A DNA stretch of 64,000 nucleotides from an uncultured candidate division Zixibacteria bacterium (GCA_963806185.1 CAWDXE010000008.1:32001-96000), one strand, 5' to 3'; shown: positions 32,661 through 42,087, counted from the first letter of the stretch. Notes: a model not told the origin generated them from the sequence alone. Translations and numbers: made by a program.

Positions 32661-33220
32661 AACAAATCCTCTGCCTTGAGATTGTTCTGCAAATATTCCA
32701 TTTCTTCGACGGTCAAATCCTTGAGCAACCGCTCACCCGGCTCGCCCACCTTCGAGGTATAGTCATCGATCAATTGCGTAACCGTGGATTCGTCGATATC
32801 GGCATCCGACGTGTCGGTTTGCGCATACAGCGCTAAATCGTCCGCTAAGACGACCGAATCGCCAAGCGCAATCGCCGGCGTCTGGAATTGCTGACGTCCC
32901 ACCTGGTATGAGACAAACGAACTTCCCACTACCAGCACCACCGCCGCAGCCACCTTGAGTAGTCCGCCCAGCGGCCAGCTGCGTCGCGCGACCGGTGACG
33001 TCATTCGCTTCAGGACGTCTCGCTCGATCACTAGCGCGGTATGTGAATCGGGAGCGAACTCTGCATCAGTGCCCAGCGCTTCCGATGTCCCTGCCAGCTC
33101 CTCCCACCAGCGGCGACACCAACCGCACGACGCCAAGTGCTCCTCCAGATCGGCCGGAACATCCTGCCCCACCCAGAGCAGCAGTTCATCTTGTACCTGT
33201 TCGCACGACATCATCGCCAC
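32657..33220 (-). CDS. Anti-sigma factor (HxxxCxxC)
   Basis: HLASCGWC, single TM, overlaps the ECF stop. Confidence 0.82.
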   Translation of the reverse strand: MAMMSCEQVQDELLLWVGQDVPADLEEHLASCGWCRRWWEELAGTSEALGTDAEFAPDSHTALVIERDVLKRMTSPVARRSWPLGGLLKVAAAVVLVVGSSFVSYQVGRQQFQTPAIALGDSVVLADDLALYAQTDTSDADIDESTVTQLIDDYTSKVGEPGERLLKDLTVEEMEYLQNNLKAEDLL

Positions 33221-33771
33221 CCCTTCTCAACAGCCGTTTGCCTGAGTTTCTTGACCGCCTCACGATATAGTGTCTTCACCGTTCCCACTGCCTTCCCGGT
33301 GGCCAGTGCAATCTCTCCGAATTGCATCTGTTTGTAAAAACGCAAATCAAAGACCACCCGCTGCTGCTCCGGCAACGAGGCCATAAACGCCAGTACCTGC
33401 CGGCGCAGCCGTTCCTGGTGCATCGGCCGGTCAGCCGTCTCGCGTGCAATCAGGCTCTCCGCCGGAACCGCTTTGTCAAGCGGCACGTCGCGGCGACCCT
33501 TCTCAATCGCCGACAGCGCCTTATTGGTGGCGATCCGATACAACCAGGTCGAAAACTTCGCCTCCTGCCGCCAGCCGGAAAGGTGCTCCCACGCACTCAC
33601 AAACGTCTCCTGCGTGAGATCTTTCGCCGTCTCGCGGTCGCCGGTCATCCGATAGGTATATGCGTACACGCCATTCATCATAAGCCTCATCACTTGCGCA
33701 AAGGCGTCGCGATCGCCGCGCGCCGCCGCAATCGCCAGGGTCTCTATTCTTTCGTCCTGGTCACTGGTCAT
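33211..33771 (-). CDS. ECF sigma factor
   Basis: GDRDAF, DLTQETFVSAW, FSTWLYRIATN, GTVKT. Confidence 0.93.
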   Translation of the reverse strand: MTSDQDERIETLAIAAARGDRDAFAQVMRLMMNGVYAYTYRMTGDRETAKDLTQETFVSAWEHLSGWRQEAKFSTWLYRIATNKALSAIEKGRRDVPLDKAVPAESLIARETADRPMHQERLRRQVLAFMASLPEQQRVVFDLRFYKQMQFGEIALATGKAVGTVKTLYREAVKKLRQTAVEKGWR

Positions 33772-33890
33772 AGCGCAATTGTCTGATGGAAAGACCGCCG
33801 ACACCAGAAAAAGATTAATGTCCGGCCGAAGAGCAAAAGAAAACCCCGCGACATCGTCGCAGGGTCATAAGAGACAACAGGATAGCCGCG

Positions 33891-34919
33891 TCAGTCCTTG
33901 CGGCTCCGCTCCAGCACCTTGGTGTACTTGTTGAAATCCTCGATCACCCGCCCACAGCCGCGAACTACGCAGCACAACGGATCCTCGGCCACATTCACCG
34001 GCAGGTTGGTCTCCTGACGAAGCCGCTTGTCCAGCCCGCGCAAAAGCGCCCCTCCGCCCGTAAGCACGATTCCCCGCTCCAGAATATCCGAAGCCAATTC
34101 CGGCGGCGTCTGTTCCAGGGCCTGACGGACCGCTTCCACTATAATGTCGAGCGTTTCGGAAAGCGCCTCGCGCACCTGAACCGAGGAAATCTTGAGATTC
34201 TTGGGCACGCCCGCCACCAGATCGCGACCCTTGATCTCCATGGAAAGTTCCTTCTCCAACGGAAACGCCGAGCCGATCTTGATCTTGATGTCCTCGGCTG
34301 TCAACTCGCCGATCAGCAGATTGTAATTCTTCTTGAGATAGTTGATGATGGCGTCGTTAAACTCGTCGCCGGCGACACGAATGGACGTATCATTGACGAT
34401 ACCATTCAGAGCAATGACCGCAATCTCAGACGTTCCACCGCCAATATCGATGATCATGATCCCCGTCGGCTGATCCACTGCCAGGCCGACGCCTATCGCC
34501 GACGCCATCGGCTCCTGGATCAAAAAGACCTCGCGAGCACCGGCGTTTTCAGCCGAGTCGCGCACCGCGCGCTTCTCCACTTCGGTGATTCCCGACGGCA
34601 CCGAAATGACCACTCGCGGCTTCATCAGATATTTGTGTTTGACCACCCGGCGGATAAAATCGGCAATCAGCTTTTCCGACATTTCAAAATCAGCGATCAC
34701 GCCGTCTTTGAGCGGTCGAATTGCCTCGATGCCACCAGGCGTACGCCCGGTCATCTCCTTGGCCGCTGACCCGATCGCCAGTATCTTGCCGGAGCTCTTT
34801 TCCACCGCCACTACCGAGGGTTCATTGAGAATGATCCCTTGGTTCAAGACATAGACCAGTGTATTGGCGGTGCCAAGGTCTATGCCGATATCGTTGGATA
34901 GAAAATCAAAGAATCCCAA
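33891..34919 (-). CDS. mreB: Rod shape-determining protein MreB
   Basis: IGIDLGTANT, EPSVVA, DIGGGTSE, LTGGGALL. Confidence 0.97.
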   Translation of the reverse strand: MGFFDFLSNDIGIDLGTANTLVYVLNQGIILNEPSVVAVEKSSGKILAIGSAAKEMTGRTPGGIEAIRPLKDGVIADFEMSEKLIADFIRRVVKHKYLMKPRVVISVPSGITEVEKRAVRDSAENAGAREVFLIQEPMASAIGVGLAVDQPTGIMIIDIGGGTSEIAVIALNGIVNDTSIRVAGDEFNDAIINYLKKNYNLLIGELTAEDIKIKIGSAFPLEKELSMEIKGRDLVAGVPKNLKISSVQVREALSETLDIIVEAVRQALEQTPPELASDILERGIVLTGGGALLRGLDKRLRQETNLPVNVAEDPLCCVVRGCGRVIEDFNKYTKVLERSRKD

Positions 34920-35141
34920 GCCGAAGTCCTTTAGTGCCTTAGCGTCCTGCTGCGCGGTTCTCTCCCCACCCGGTGAACCAGACTCGGGTTAGTTTAGTAG
35001 GTATCACTCTGCAAGGCAACTAAAATCCACCGTTCCAGTACTCCATTTGGACATTATTCGTTTGCCCAACCGAATGCCCGGTAAGAATTTCCTCCCAGCC
35101 GCCGATACCTGTCATCATAGCTTGATTCCGGGACTAGATAT

Positions 35142-35546
35142 ATGGCATTCATCGTCTGGCAGGGCAATTTCTCGACCAACGTACCTCAAATCGACGATCA
35201 GCACAAAACTCTGATCGCTTTGATCAATCGTCTGGAAAGATCCGCCGCCTCTGAGTCCGAAGGCGAGGAAATCGCCGTGGTCCTCACCGAACTCGTTCAA
35301 TACACCAGGAAACACTTTGCCGACGAAGAGCGCTACATGCGTCATATTAATTATGCCGGCTTTGACCGACACAAGAAGCTGCATGGAGAGCTTATCAATA
35401 GCGTGGTCGACATACTCCAGCGCCTCAAGGCCGACCGTGATCTCAGTGCCTTCGAATTGCTCTCCTTCCTCAAAGACTGGCTGATCAACCACATCCTTGC
35501 CGAAGATCGCAAGATCGGCCGCGCCACTGTCATCGACGCCCGCTAA
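35142..35546 (+). CDS. Bacteriohemerythrin
   Basis: IDDQHK, HFADEE, HKKLH, WLINHILAED. Confidence 0.95.
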   Translation: MAFIVWQGNFSTNVPQIDDQHKTLIALINRLERSAASESEGEEIAVVLTELVQYTRKHFADEERYMRHINYAGFDRHKKLHGELINSVVDILQRLKADRDLSAFELLSFLKDWLINHILAEDRKIGRATVIDAR

Positions 35547-35571
35547 TCCTACCCAACCATTCGAGCTCCAG

Positions 35572-36351
35572 TTATCTCGGGAAAAACAAGGCGCCGGCGT
35601 CCTGCAGGAAGTGGGCGATTATGCAGGGCCAGAGCGACCCGGTGCGAAGGTACAAGAGTGAGAACATCAAACCGTATATTGATATGACCACCAACCCCGG
35701 CAAACCTTGATACGTGTGACAGATGCCAAACGCCAGCGCCGACACCAGGGTCGGAATTAACCATGATTTGAATTTGAACACCAACCGAAGACGCGTCATC
35801 AGGTAGCCGCGGAACGCTATTTCCTCACAAAACCCGGCCGTCATCGCCACCACTACCCAGACCACTTTGCCGATGGCCCCCTCAGGGATCATCAATCCCA
35901 ATTCTCCGGGCATAGGATAGCCGATTTGCGCCAGCCCCCACGCGACCCCGGAGAGAAGCAGGTTAGCCACCAAGAGAAACGCAACCGCATACAACAGCCA
36001 GATCCCGCGCCACTCGCCCAGACCCACACCACGCAGTCCGGTCTTCTCGACATACGTGCCGCTGAAATTGACGGCGAATATGCTCCATTGTAGAATCACC
36101 GTCGCGATCAACATGATCAGCAGCAGCGGCTGCGTCAGGTCTTTCAGCAATTTCATCGGGTCTTCACCCGTGCCAATGGCCGAAATGCCCGGATATATGA
36201 CTGCCAGTAAAATGAGATTGGCCCAAGTCAGCCAGGAAGTGCGAAAATCGGCGTTGCCCGTGTCGTATCTGAATTGAGCGTGAGCCGGTTGAGTGTCAAT
36301 CGGCAGGACCGGATCGGAATCCGGTAGCGGATATCGTGAGTACTGATCCAG
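35572..36351 (-). CDS. CPBP/Abi-family intramembrane protease (probable CTG start at 36351; first ATG 36156)
   Basis: GFCEEIAFRG, FGICH, IIAHFLQD; the frame stays open upstream and encodes a further TM helix. Confidence 0.85.
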   Translation of the reverse strand: MDQYSRYPLPDSDPVLPIDTQPAHAQFRYDTGNADFRTSWLTWANLILLAVIYPGISAIGTGEDPMKLLKDLTQPLLLIMLIATVILQWSIFAVNFSGTYVEKTGLRGVGLGEWRGIWLLYAVAFLLVANLLLSGVAWGLAQIGYPMPGELGLMIPEGAIGKVVWVVVAMTAGFCEEIAFRGYLMTRLRLVFKFKSWLIPTLVSALAFGICHTYQGLPGLVVISIYGLMFSLLYLRTGSLWPCIIAHFLQDAGALFFPR

Positions 36352-36368
36352 GAGGGTTCTTCCTTGAG

Positions 36369-36605
36369 CTACAGCGTAGGTGTCTGCGGCGTGGTGGGGG
36401 GATGTTTTCGCTTGAGATTGCTCACCAGGATAGCCATGCCAATTATGATCAGGATGGCCGGCCAGCTATACTCCAGTTCCGGCAGCACGCCGGTTGACAC
36501 TCCGAGTAGCAATAGGCCCAGCCCCAGCCAGATGATGCCGCTGATCAATGGCCGACCTTCTTCTCTAGCCTTTCTGCGCGCTAATCGTCGTTCACTTCTT
36601 GTCAT
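36369..36605 (-). CDS. Small DUF5668-like membrane protein
   Basis: GIIWLGLGLLLL..SWPAILIIIG; GGAG RBS. Confidence 0.75.
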   Translation of the reverse strand: MTRSERRLARRKAREEGRPLISGIIWLGLGLLLLGVSTGVLPELEYSWPAILIIIGMAILVSNLKRKHPPTTPQTPTL

Positions 36606-36790
36606 ATGTCGCTCCGCCTTATGATACGTAAAAACAGTCACTTGGGGCACAGTTTCTTTGTCCGCTTTCCCGCCGCAATGTGAATCACGTGATATGAACA
36701 TCGGCATTTTCCCCAAAATCGATATGACCGCCATGTGGTAGCCCGGCCACCCTGTCGTTTGCCATGTTGGCCCAAACGAAAGGAGCCCAC

Positions 36791-37363
36791 ATGCCCAAGC
36801 GGCTTTGCTATCGACAATGGCTGGTCAATTACGGCTTTGACCCCCGCGAAGATCCACCGACCGACAACCTCCTCGTCTACCAGTCGGGTCGCCCGTTGTC
36901 AGTCGATGACGAACCTATGCCGGACCAATCCACCACCGACCCCCAGCCGGCAGAATCCATCGACACCCTTATGGTCCGCCGGGCGGTTGCCCGACTGCGG
37001 GACGACGAACGCGATATCATCGAACGATACTACTACATGGGCCAGAGCTTTCAGCAGATCGCCGAATTGTTGGTCTGCGCGTCTATCATTGTCGAGCGCC
37101 GTCATCGACTCGCGCTGGCCAGACTGCGACGAATTCTCGAGCCCTGGTTTCTGCGCGGCGACACCGCCGGTCTCGAACCGGCCTGTCGCATCTGCCGATC
37201 ACCGCACCGCAGAGCTGTCGAGGTCGTCATTTGCAGTAAGACCAATGAGGAAAGCTATAAGCGCGTCCTGCGGATTATCCGGACGCAATTCGGCCTTAAA
37301 CTCAACCATCCGCATGCGCTCATTCACCACCGCAATTTCCATATGAAAGGGGAGAACTTGTGA
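36791..37363 (+). CDS. Sigma70 region-4 HTH fused to a CxxC..HxxxH Zn-HTH-like domain
   Basis: AAGGAG RBS; AVARLRDDERDIIERYYYMGQSFQQIAELL..ALARLR; CRICRSPHR..HHRNFH. Confidence 0.75.
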   Translation: MPKRLCYRQWLVNYGFDPREDPPTDNLLVYQSGRPLSVDDEPMPDQSTTDPQPAESIDTLMVRRAVARLRDDERDIIERYYYMGQSFQQIAELLVCASIIVERRHRLALARLRRILEPWFLRGDTAGLEPACRICRSPHRRAVEVVICSKTNEESYKRVLRIIRTQFGLKLNHPHALIHHRNFHMKGENL

Positions 37364-37614
37364 CACCCATCAATCCGGTCGTATCGGTGCGCGGCGATCA
37401 CTCCATCAATCTCACCATCTCATACGAATTGAAAGAGCGCATCGAGGCCCTCTCCAAATCGTATGATCTTTCGATGGCCGACACCGTTCGCCAACTGCTT
37501 CGTCTTGGTGTGCCGGTTCTGGAAGGAATGGCCGATCTGCAGTTACATTGGCTTCGCGAATATGTCGCCGCCGCCGACCGCTTGCGCGAAACAAAGGGCA
37601 TTCGCGGCATCTGA
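37360..37614 (+). CDS. Ribbon-helix-helix-like small DNA-binding protein
   Basis: SINLTISYELKERIEALS..SMADTVRQLL; GTGA overlap with the upstream stop. Confidence 0.65.
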   Translation: MTPINPVVSVRGDHSINLTISYELKERIEALSKSYDLSMADTVRQLLRLGVPVLEGMADLQLHWLREYVAAADRLRETKGIRGI

Positions 37615-37654
37615 AACCAGTTGGCACCACATCTCGGCTGTGTCCAGGGACGCT

Positions 37655-38245
37655 GTAGGGCGGAACTCATTTTCCATTCGACAAGAGTTCCGCCTCATAT
37701 CTTCCTCCCTTTCACTCTGGGAGAAAGCCGGCGTGAGGGCGGGCAAGAAGTAGGTCAGGCTCCCTGTGAGCCTGACAGTGAGTGCGTCCATACTGCACTT
37801 GTCATTCCGGACCTCCGGTCCGGAATCCATGGGGCCTATCGTTCGTTGCGTCAGGTCCTGCGCCGAGTCCGCGAGGCGTGTGACCTGACGGTCCCTTGAA
37901 TGTCGCATCCTTAGGCGGGGCCCATCCCCATACCAATGCGAGAACCAAACGAGCACTCTCCGTCGCACTGAGCGAAGTCGAAGTGCGACGAGACGATCTC
38001 CTCCTCCCTCTCCCTTTGCGAGAGGGCCGGGATGAGGGCCGATAGGTCGCACGAGAAGTAAGTCAGGCTCCCTGTGAGCCTGACAGTGAGTGAGTCTATA
38101 CTGCACTTGTCATTCCGGACCCCCGGTCCGGAATCCATGGGGCCCATCGTTCGTTGCGTCAGGTCCTGCGCCGAGTCCGCGAGGCGCGTGACCTGACGCT
38201 ATTCTCTCCTCCCTCTCCCTTTGCCAGAGGGCCGGGGTGAGGGCC
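37655..38245. repeat. Mosaic of palindromic repeats with a 145-bp direct duplication (37746-37890 / 38054-38198)
   Basis: The two copies differ at 6 positions by my count; CTCCCTCTCCC..GAGAGGGCCGGGGTGAGGG-type unit x3; GTAG-headed palindromes; GTCATTCCGGAC..GTCCGGAATCC. Confidence 0.9.
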
Positions 38246-38272
38246 ATTGAGCGATATGGTTCCACATTCGCC

Positions 38273-39055
38273 CTACCTGAATATCTCGTCGAAAAATCGC
38301 TGCATGTCCATCCACGAACGAACATCCGCCTGTCTGTCGTACGCCAAACCAGTCGAGGGATCTCCTGTGTTCCCCGAATTCGTGAATCCGTGCACCGCCC
38401 CGCCGTACAGATTCAACTCCCAGTTGACCTTTGCGTCATTCATCTCTTTGGTAAATGCGGCCACGTCCTCCATGGGCGAAAACGGATCGGCGGCGCCATG
38501 GCAGACCAGCACATTCGCCTTGATATTCCGGGCATCTTCCGGTGATCCCGATTTCAGGTTGCCGTGGAAGCTTACGACGCCGGCAAGGGGATATCCCGAC
38601 CGTGCCATCTCCAGCGCCATTCCGCCACCGAAACAGTAGCCGATTGCCGCCAGTCGCGTCGTGTCGACCAGCAGTTGCTTCTTGAGTACTTCCAACCCAG
38701 CCAGGGCTCTGACTCGGGCCATCGGGCGGTCCTGATAAAATTGTCCCGCCATCTTTCCGGCTTCTTCATTGGTCGTCGGCCGAACCCCCTTACCGTACAT
38801 GTCGATGGCCATCGCCACGTACCCAAGCTGCGCCAGCTGTTCAGCCCGACGCTTCGCGTAATCATTGAGCCCGTACCATTCGTGAATGACGACCACTCCG
38901 GGCCGCTTGCCCGACAGCGTACTGTCATAGGCCAGGTACCCCTCAAGCACAACGTCGCCGTCACGGTACTCCACCGTCTGGGTCTTCATCTGAGTCTCTC
39001 CCTTGGCCAACCCGGCCACCCAAAAAAGACACAAGAGAACTGCCGCTCGCTTCAT
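38273..39055 (-). CDS. Dienelactone hydrolase family protein, exported
   Basis: Signal peptide, HEWYG, GYCFGG, HGAADP, AVHGFTN. Confidence 0.93.
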   Translation of the reverse strand: MKRAAVLLCLFWVAGLAKGETQMKTQTVEYRDGDVVLEGYLAYDSTLSGKRPGVVVIHEWYGLNDYAKRRAEQLAQLGYVAMAIDMYGKGVRPTTNEEAGKMAGQFYQDRPMARVRALAGLEVLKKQLLVDTTRLAAIGYCFGGGMALEMARSGYPLAGVVSFHGNLKSGSPEDARNIKANVLVCHGAADPFSPMEDVAAFTKEMNDAKVNWELNLYGGAVHGFTNSGNTGDPSTGLAYDRQADVRSWMDMQRFFDEIFR

Positions 39056-39517
39056 CGCTTCTTCCCTTCCTGAGATTGTAATGGCCGTGTCAAACCGCGT
39101 TAGAATTGTCCCGATTAACGGAAGGCTGACGATCCTTGTCAAGTCTTACCCGCGCCAAAGCCAGTTCCACAAATGCACTAGACTGTACCTGCGGCAGTTC
39201 CAGTAACCGACCTCGGCAGTCGATCGCCCACCTGCGTAACTCAGTGCCACAGAATACCCTCCCACCACCGGAATTTGACATCAGGTGTCCGGAACGCCAC
39301 CCCCATTAAAGACCCGCACAGTCGCCGATCTCAAAGGGCATTCCATTGTGCTCCAAGACCTTCAGTATTTCCAACCGGCCCAAAAGATGAAAACATTTGC
39401 GTAACCGTTGCACTGACAATTCCAGACATCTCGGCCCCCAGCCATACCTCATCCCCGAAATCCATCTAACTAATTGCAGGACAACACGATATTATTCGCG
39501 CGCAAAATCCAGACAAT

Positions 39518-39532
39518 TGGCACACGTATTGC
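39518..39532 (+). promoter_or_regulatory. Sigma54 -24/-12 promoter
   Basis: TGGCAC-ACGTA-TTGC (GG-N10-GC) about 70 nt before the PEP-CTERM gene. Confidence 0.82.
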
Positions 39533-39603
39533 CATTACATACGCCGGATATAACTGTATTCAGGTTTTGAAGTCACGTCTAGATACTCGGGAGAACGAGA
39601 CAA

Positions 39604-40431
39604 ATGAAAAAGGTAATCTTTCTTGGGTTGCTGACCTTGGGGGTGCTGGCCATCGCGCCTGCCTCACAGGCCTTCAACTACCACTACAATCAGGTCTTCG
39701 CCAACGGCAGCACGCCGTTCGATGCCAACAACAACACGGCCCCGGGCTTCATCCCGTATCCGACCGGTGTTGGTCGGCCGTCGCCGAACAAGAGCGGTGA
39801 GGGTGGCGAGTTGTTTGACCTCGAGGGCCTGCAGGTCAAAGAGAAGAACAACAAGGTGTACATTGCCATGGCCAACTCCTTTGGCTGGCAAGCCTATTCC
39901 AAACAGTACCGCCGCAACTACTGGATGGGTGACCTGTTCATCGGTGTCGATGGCAAGAAGGACAAATTCGCCATCAACATCAACAACATCGCTACTGGCG
40001 GCAGCACTAAGAAGCTCGACTTCTATACCCTTAACGGTGGCAACACCAAAGGTCTCCCGTCGGTCGATGGCGGCTACTGGAACAAGTCCAGCGTCTCGAG
40101 CAAGATCGGCGCTTTCGAAGTGAAAGACCTGAGCAAGGGTAAACGCGGTAACGCGGTCGATGCTTATCTTGGCTTCGCCAAGGATTACGAGAAAGTTGAC
40201 GGTAAGATGGGTGGCAATGGTAATACCTACGTGTGGGAATTCTGCTTCGACAAGTCCCTCCTGGGCGACTTCAAGCAGCTCGACTTCCACGCGGCTCTGG
40301 CTTGCGGCAACGACCTGTTGCTCGGTCAGTACTGCGCCCCGGCCCCGCCGCACTCCGTTCCTGAGCCCACGACACTCGCGCTCTTTGGATTGGGTGCCGC
40401 CGGCCTCGGCATGATCCGTCGTCGGAAATAG
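39604..40431 (+). CDS. PEP-CTERM sorting-domain surface protein
   Basis: Signal peptide; C-terminal VPEPTTLALFGLGAAGLGMIRRRK; FDLEGL, GDLFI, CGND motifs. Confidence 0.93.
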   Translation: MKKVIFLGLLTLGVLAIAPASQAFNYHYNQVFANGSTPFDANNNTAPGFIPYPTGVGRPSPNKSGEGGELFDLEGLQVKEKNNKVYIAMANSFGWQAYSKQYRRNYWMGDLFIGVDGKKDKFAININNIATGGSTKKLDFYTLNGGNTKGLPSVDGGYWNKSSVSSKIGAFEVKDLSKGKRGNAVDAYLGFAKDYEKVDGKMGGNGNTYVWEFCFDKSLLGDFKQLDFHAALACGNDLLLGQYCAPAPPHSVPEPTTLALFGLGAAGLGMIRRRK

Positions 40432-40460
40432 TAACTCGCTCCTGAGTTCTGGACTAATGA

Positions 40461-40494
40461 CAAAGCCCCTCTGCAAAGCGGGGCTTTATTTTTT
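40461..40494. terminator. Intrinsic terminator
   Basis: AAAGCCCC..GGGGCTTT followed by A and a T run. Confidence 0.8.
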
Positions 40495-40522
40495 GGGCGA
40501 TTATTACTCCTGAGACCACAAA

Positions 40523-41227
40523 CTACTCGTGATCCCGATGACTCAGCTTGTTCATCTTGGCGTGAAACGCCACCTCCGCCGTCGTCACCATCTCCTCGAC
40601 ATCCATCATGCAACTGTTGAACACCAGGTCGTAGTGCGCCGGCTCGTCGATATCCGCCTTGAATAAACGCGCGATAAATTCCTTGCGCTCCTTATCGGAA
40701 AGTGATATCCGCCGCTCGGCGTCACCCGGCGCCATACTGCTGTAGCGAACCAGATTATCGATCCGCCGATCTTTCGGCGCCACCACGCGAATATGAAATC
40801 CCACCGTCGGCCCCAGGATAAAACTCGCCCCGCGCCCCATCACGATAACACCACCGAGGTGCGCCATACTTTGGATGATCCGATACAGATGCCGCAGGTA
40901 ATCACCGGAATCAAACGACTCTCCGGTGATCATCGATTCGACCGTCAGCTCCAGCCGACCGCGAAGTTTGTCATCGAGCGACTCGACAACCCGCTTCCGA
41001 TAATCTGATGATGTGCAGATGGCGTCGATCACCTCGCGGTGAAGACGCTGATACCCGAGTCGTTGGGCCAGGCGAGATCCGAAGTACGATCCCCGACTGC
41101 CGGACTGGCGACTTATAGTGACGATCGGTAATGGTGCCTGACGAAGTGCCGGTTCGGCGTCTTTGGGGCGATGCTCCAGTTCCCAGCGCAACAACTGACG
41201 ATTGATGATCGCGTCAATTGATGTCAT
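40523..41227 (-). CDS. Cytidylate-kinase-like family protein
   Basis: IVTISRQSGSRG, VIVMGRGA, YDLVFNS. Confidence 0.88.
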   Translation of the reverse strand: MTSIDAIINRQLLRWELEHRPKDAEPALRQAPLPIVTISRQSGSRGSYFGSRLAQRLGYQRLHREVIDAICTSSDYRKRVVESLDDKLRGRLELTVESMITGESFDSGDYLRHLYRIIQSMAHLGGVIVMGRGASFILGPTVGFHIRVVAPKDRRIDNLVRYSSMAPGDAERRISLSDKERKEFIARLFKADIDEPAHYDLVFNSCMMDVEEMVTTAEVAFHAKMNKLSHRDHE

Positions 41228-41349
41228 GTCGCATCACACTCCTGTTATTAATATATACGAAACAGGACGTTTAACGACAGATTTTCTTTGGCCCCGCCAT
41301 CTGTTAGGACAACAGAGATTTAATTAGTCGAATATCTCGACCTTGAGGC

Positions 41350-42087
41350 CTATGCAGTCGCCTCATTCAGCCGGTCGGCCACTGCTCTCCAGTTCACCAC
41401 ATTCCACCAGGCCGTGATATACTCGGCCCGGCGATTCTGGTACTTTAAATAGTAGGCGTGTTCCCAGACGTCGACCCCCAGAATCGGCATCGTCCCCCAC
41501 ATCGCCAGCTTGTTCTGGCTCTCCGCCTGCGTGATGACCAGCCGCCCGTCCATCGGCCGATAGTGCAATAGTGCCCACCCGCCCCCTTCGACCTTCGCCG
41601 CCGCTTCGCTAAACTGCTTGCGGAAGACTTCGATGCCGCCAAAGTCCGCCTTGATCCGCTCCGCCAGTTCCCCTTCCGGATCGCCCCCGCCGCCGTTTTG
41701 AGCCGGTGCCATCACACTCCAGAAGAGGCTATGCAGGTAGTGCCCGCTGTAGTTGAACGACAAACTGCGCGACCAGTGCTGAATCAACGCGAAATCGCCC
41801 GCCGAGCGCGCCTTGGCCAGCTCCGTGTCGGCCTTATTGAGCCCATCGACATACGCCTGGTGATGCTTGCTGTGATGCAGCTCCATCGTCTGCGCATCTA
41901 TATGTGGTTCAAGCGCACTATACGCATACGCCAGCTTAGGCAATACGGCCGGCCCCGCTGTCGGCATCGCCTTCTTGCCAGTGGTGGCCGGAGTTTGCGC
42001 CAGAAGTGAAATCGGCGCCTGCATCATGGCGCCTACTGCGACGGCCGTCCCGGCCGCTTTGAGGAAGGTTCTCCGTTCCGAGTCCAT
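41350..42087 (-). CDS. sod: Fe/Mn superoxide dismutase with Tat signal
   Basis: ERRTFLK; HHSKHHQAY, GHYLH, DVWEHAYY. Confidence 0.95.
   Translation of the reverse strand: MDSERRTFLKAAGTAVAVGAMMQAPISLLAQTPATTGKKAMPTAGPAVLPKLAYAYSALEPHIDAQTMELHHSKHHQAYVDGLNKADTELAKARSAGDFALIQHWSRSLSFNYSGHYLHSLFWSVMAPAQNGGGGDPEGELAERIKADFGGIEVFRKQFSEAAAKVEGGGWALLHYRPMDGRLVITQAESQNKLAMWGTMPILGVDVWEHAYYLKYQNRRAEYITAWWNVVNWRAVADRLNEATA

Noticed and set aside
37746..38198. CRISPR array
   Set aside because: Only two long copies of mixed palindromes, no regular repeat-spacer period, no cas genes.
37543..38325. ORFs within the repeat mosaic
   Set aside because: Translations simply repeat the DNA palindromes; no coding signals.
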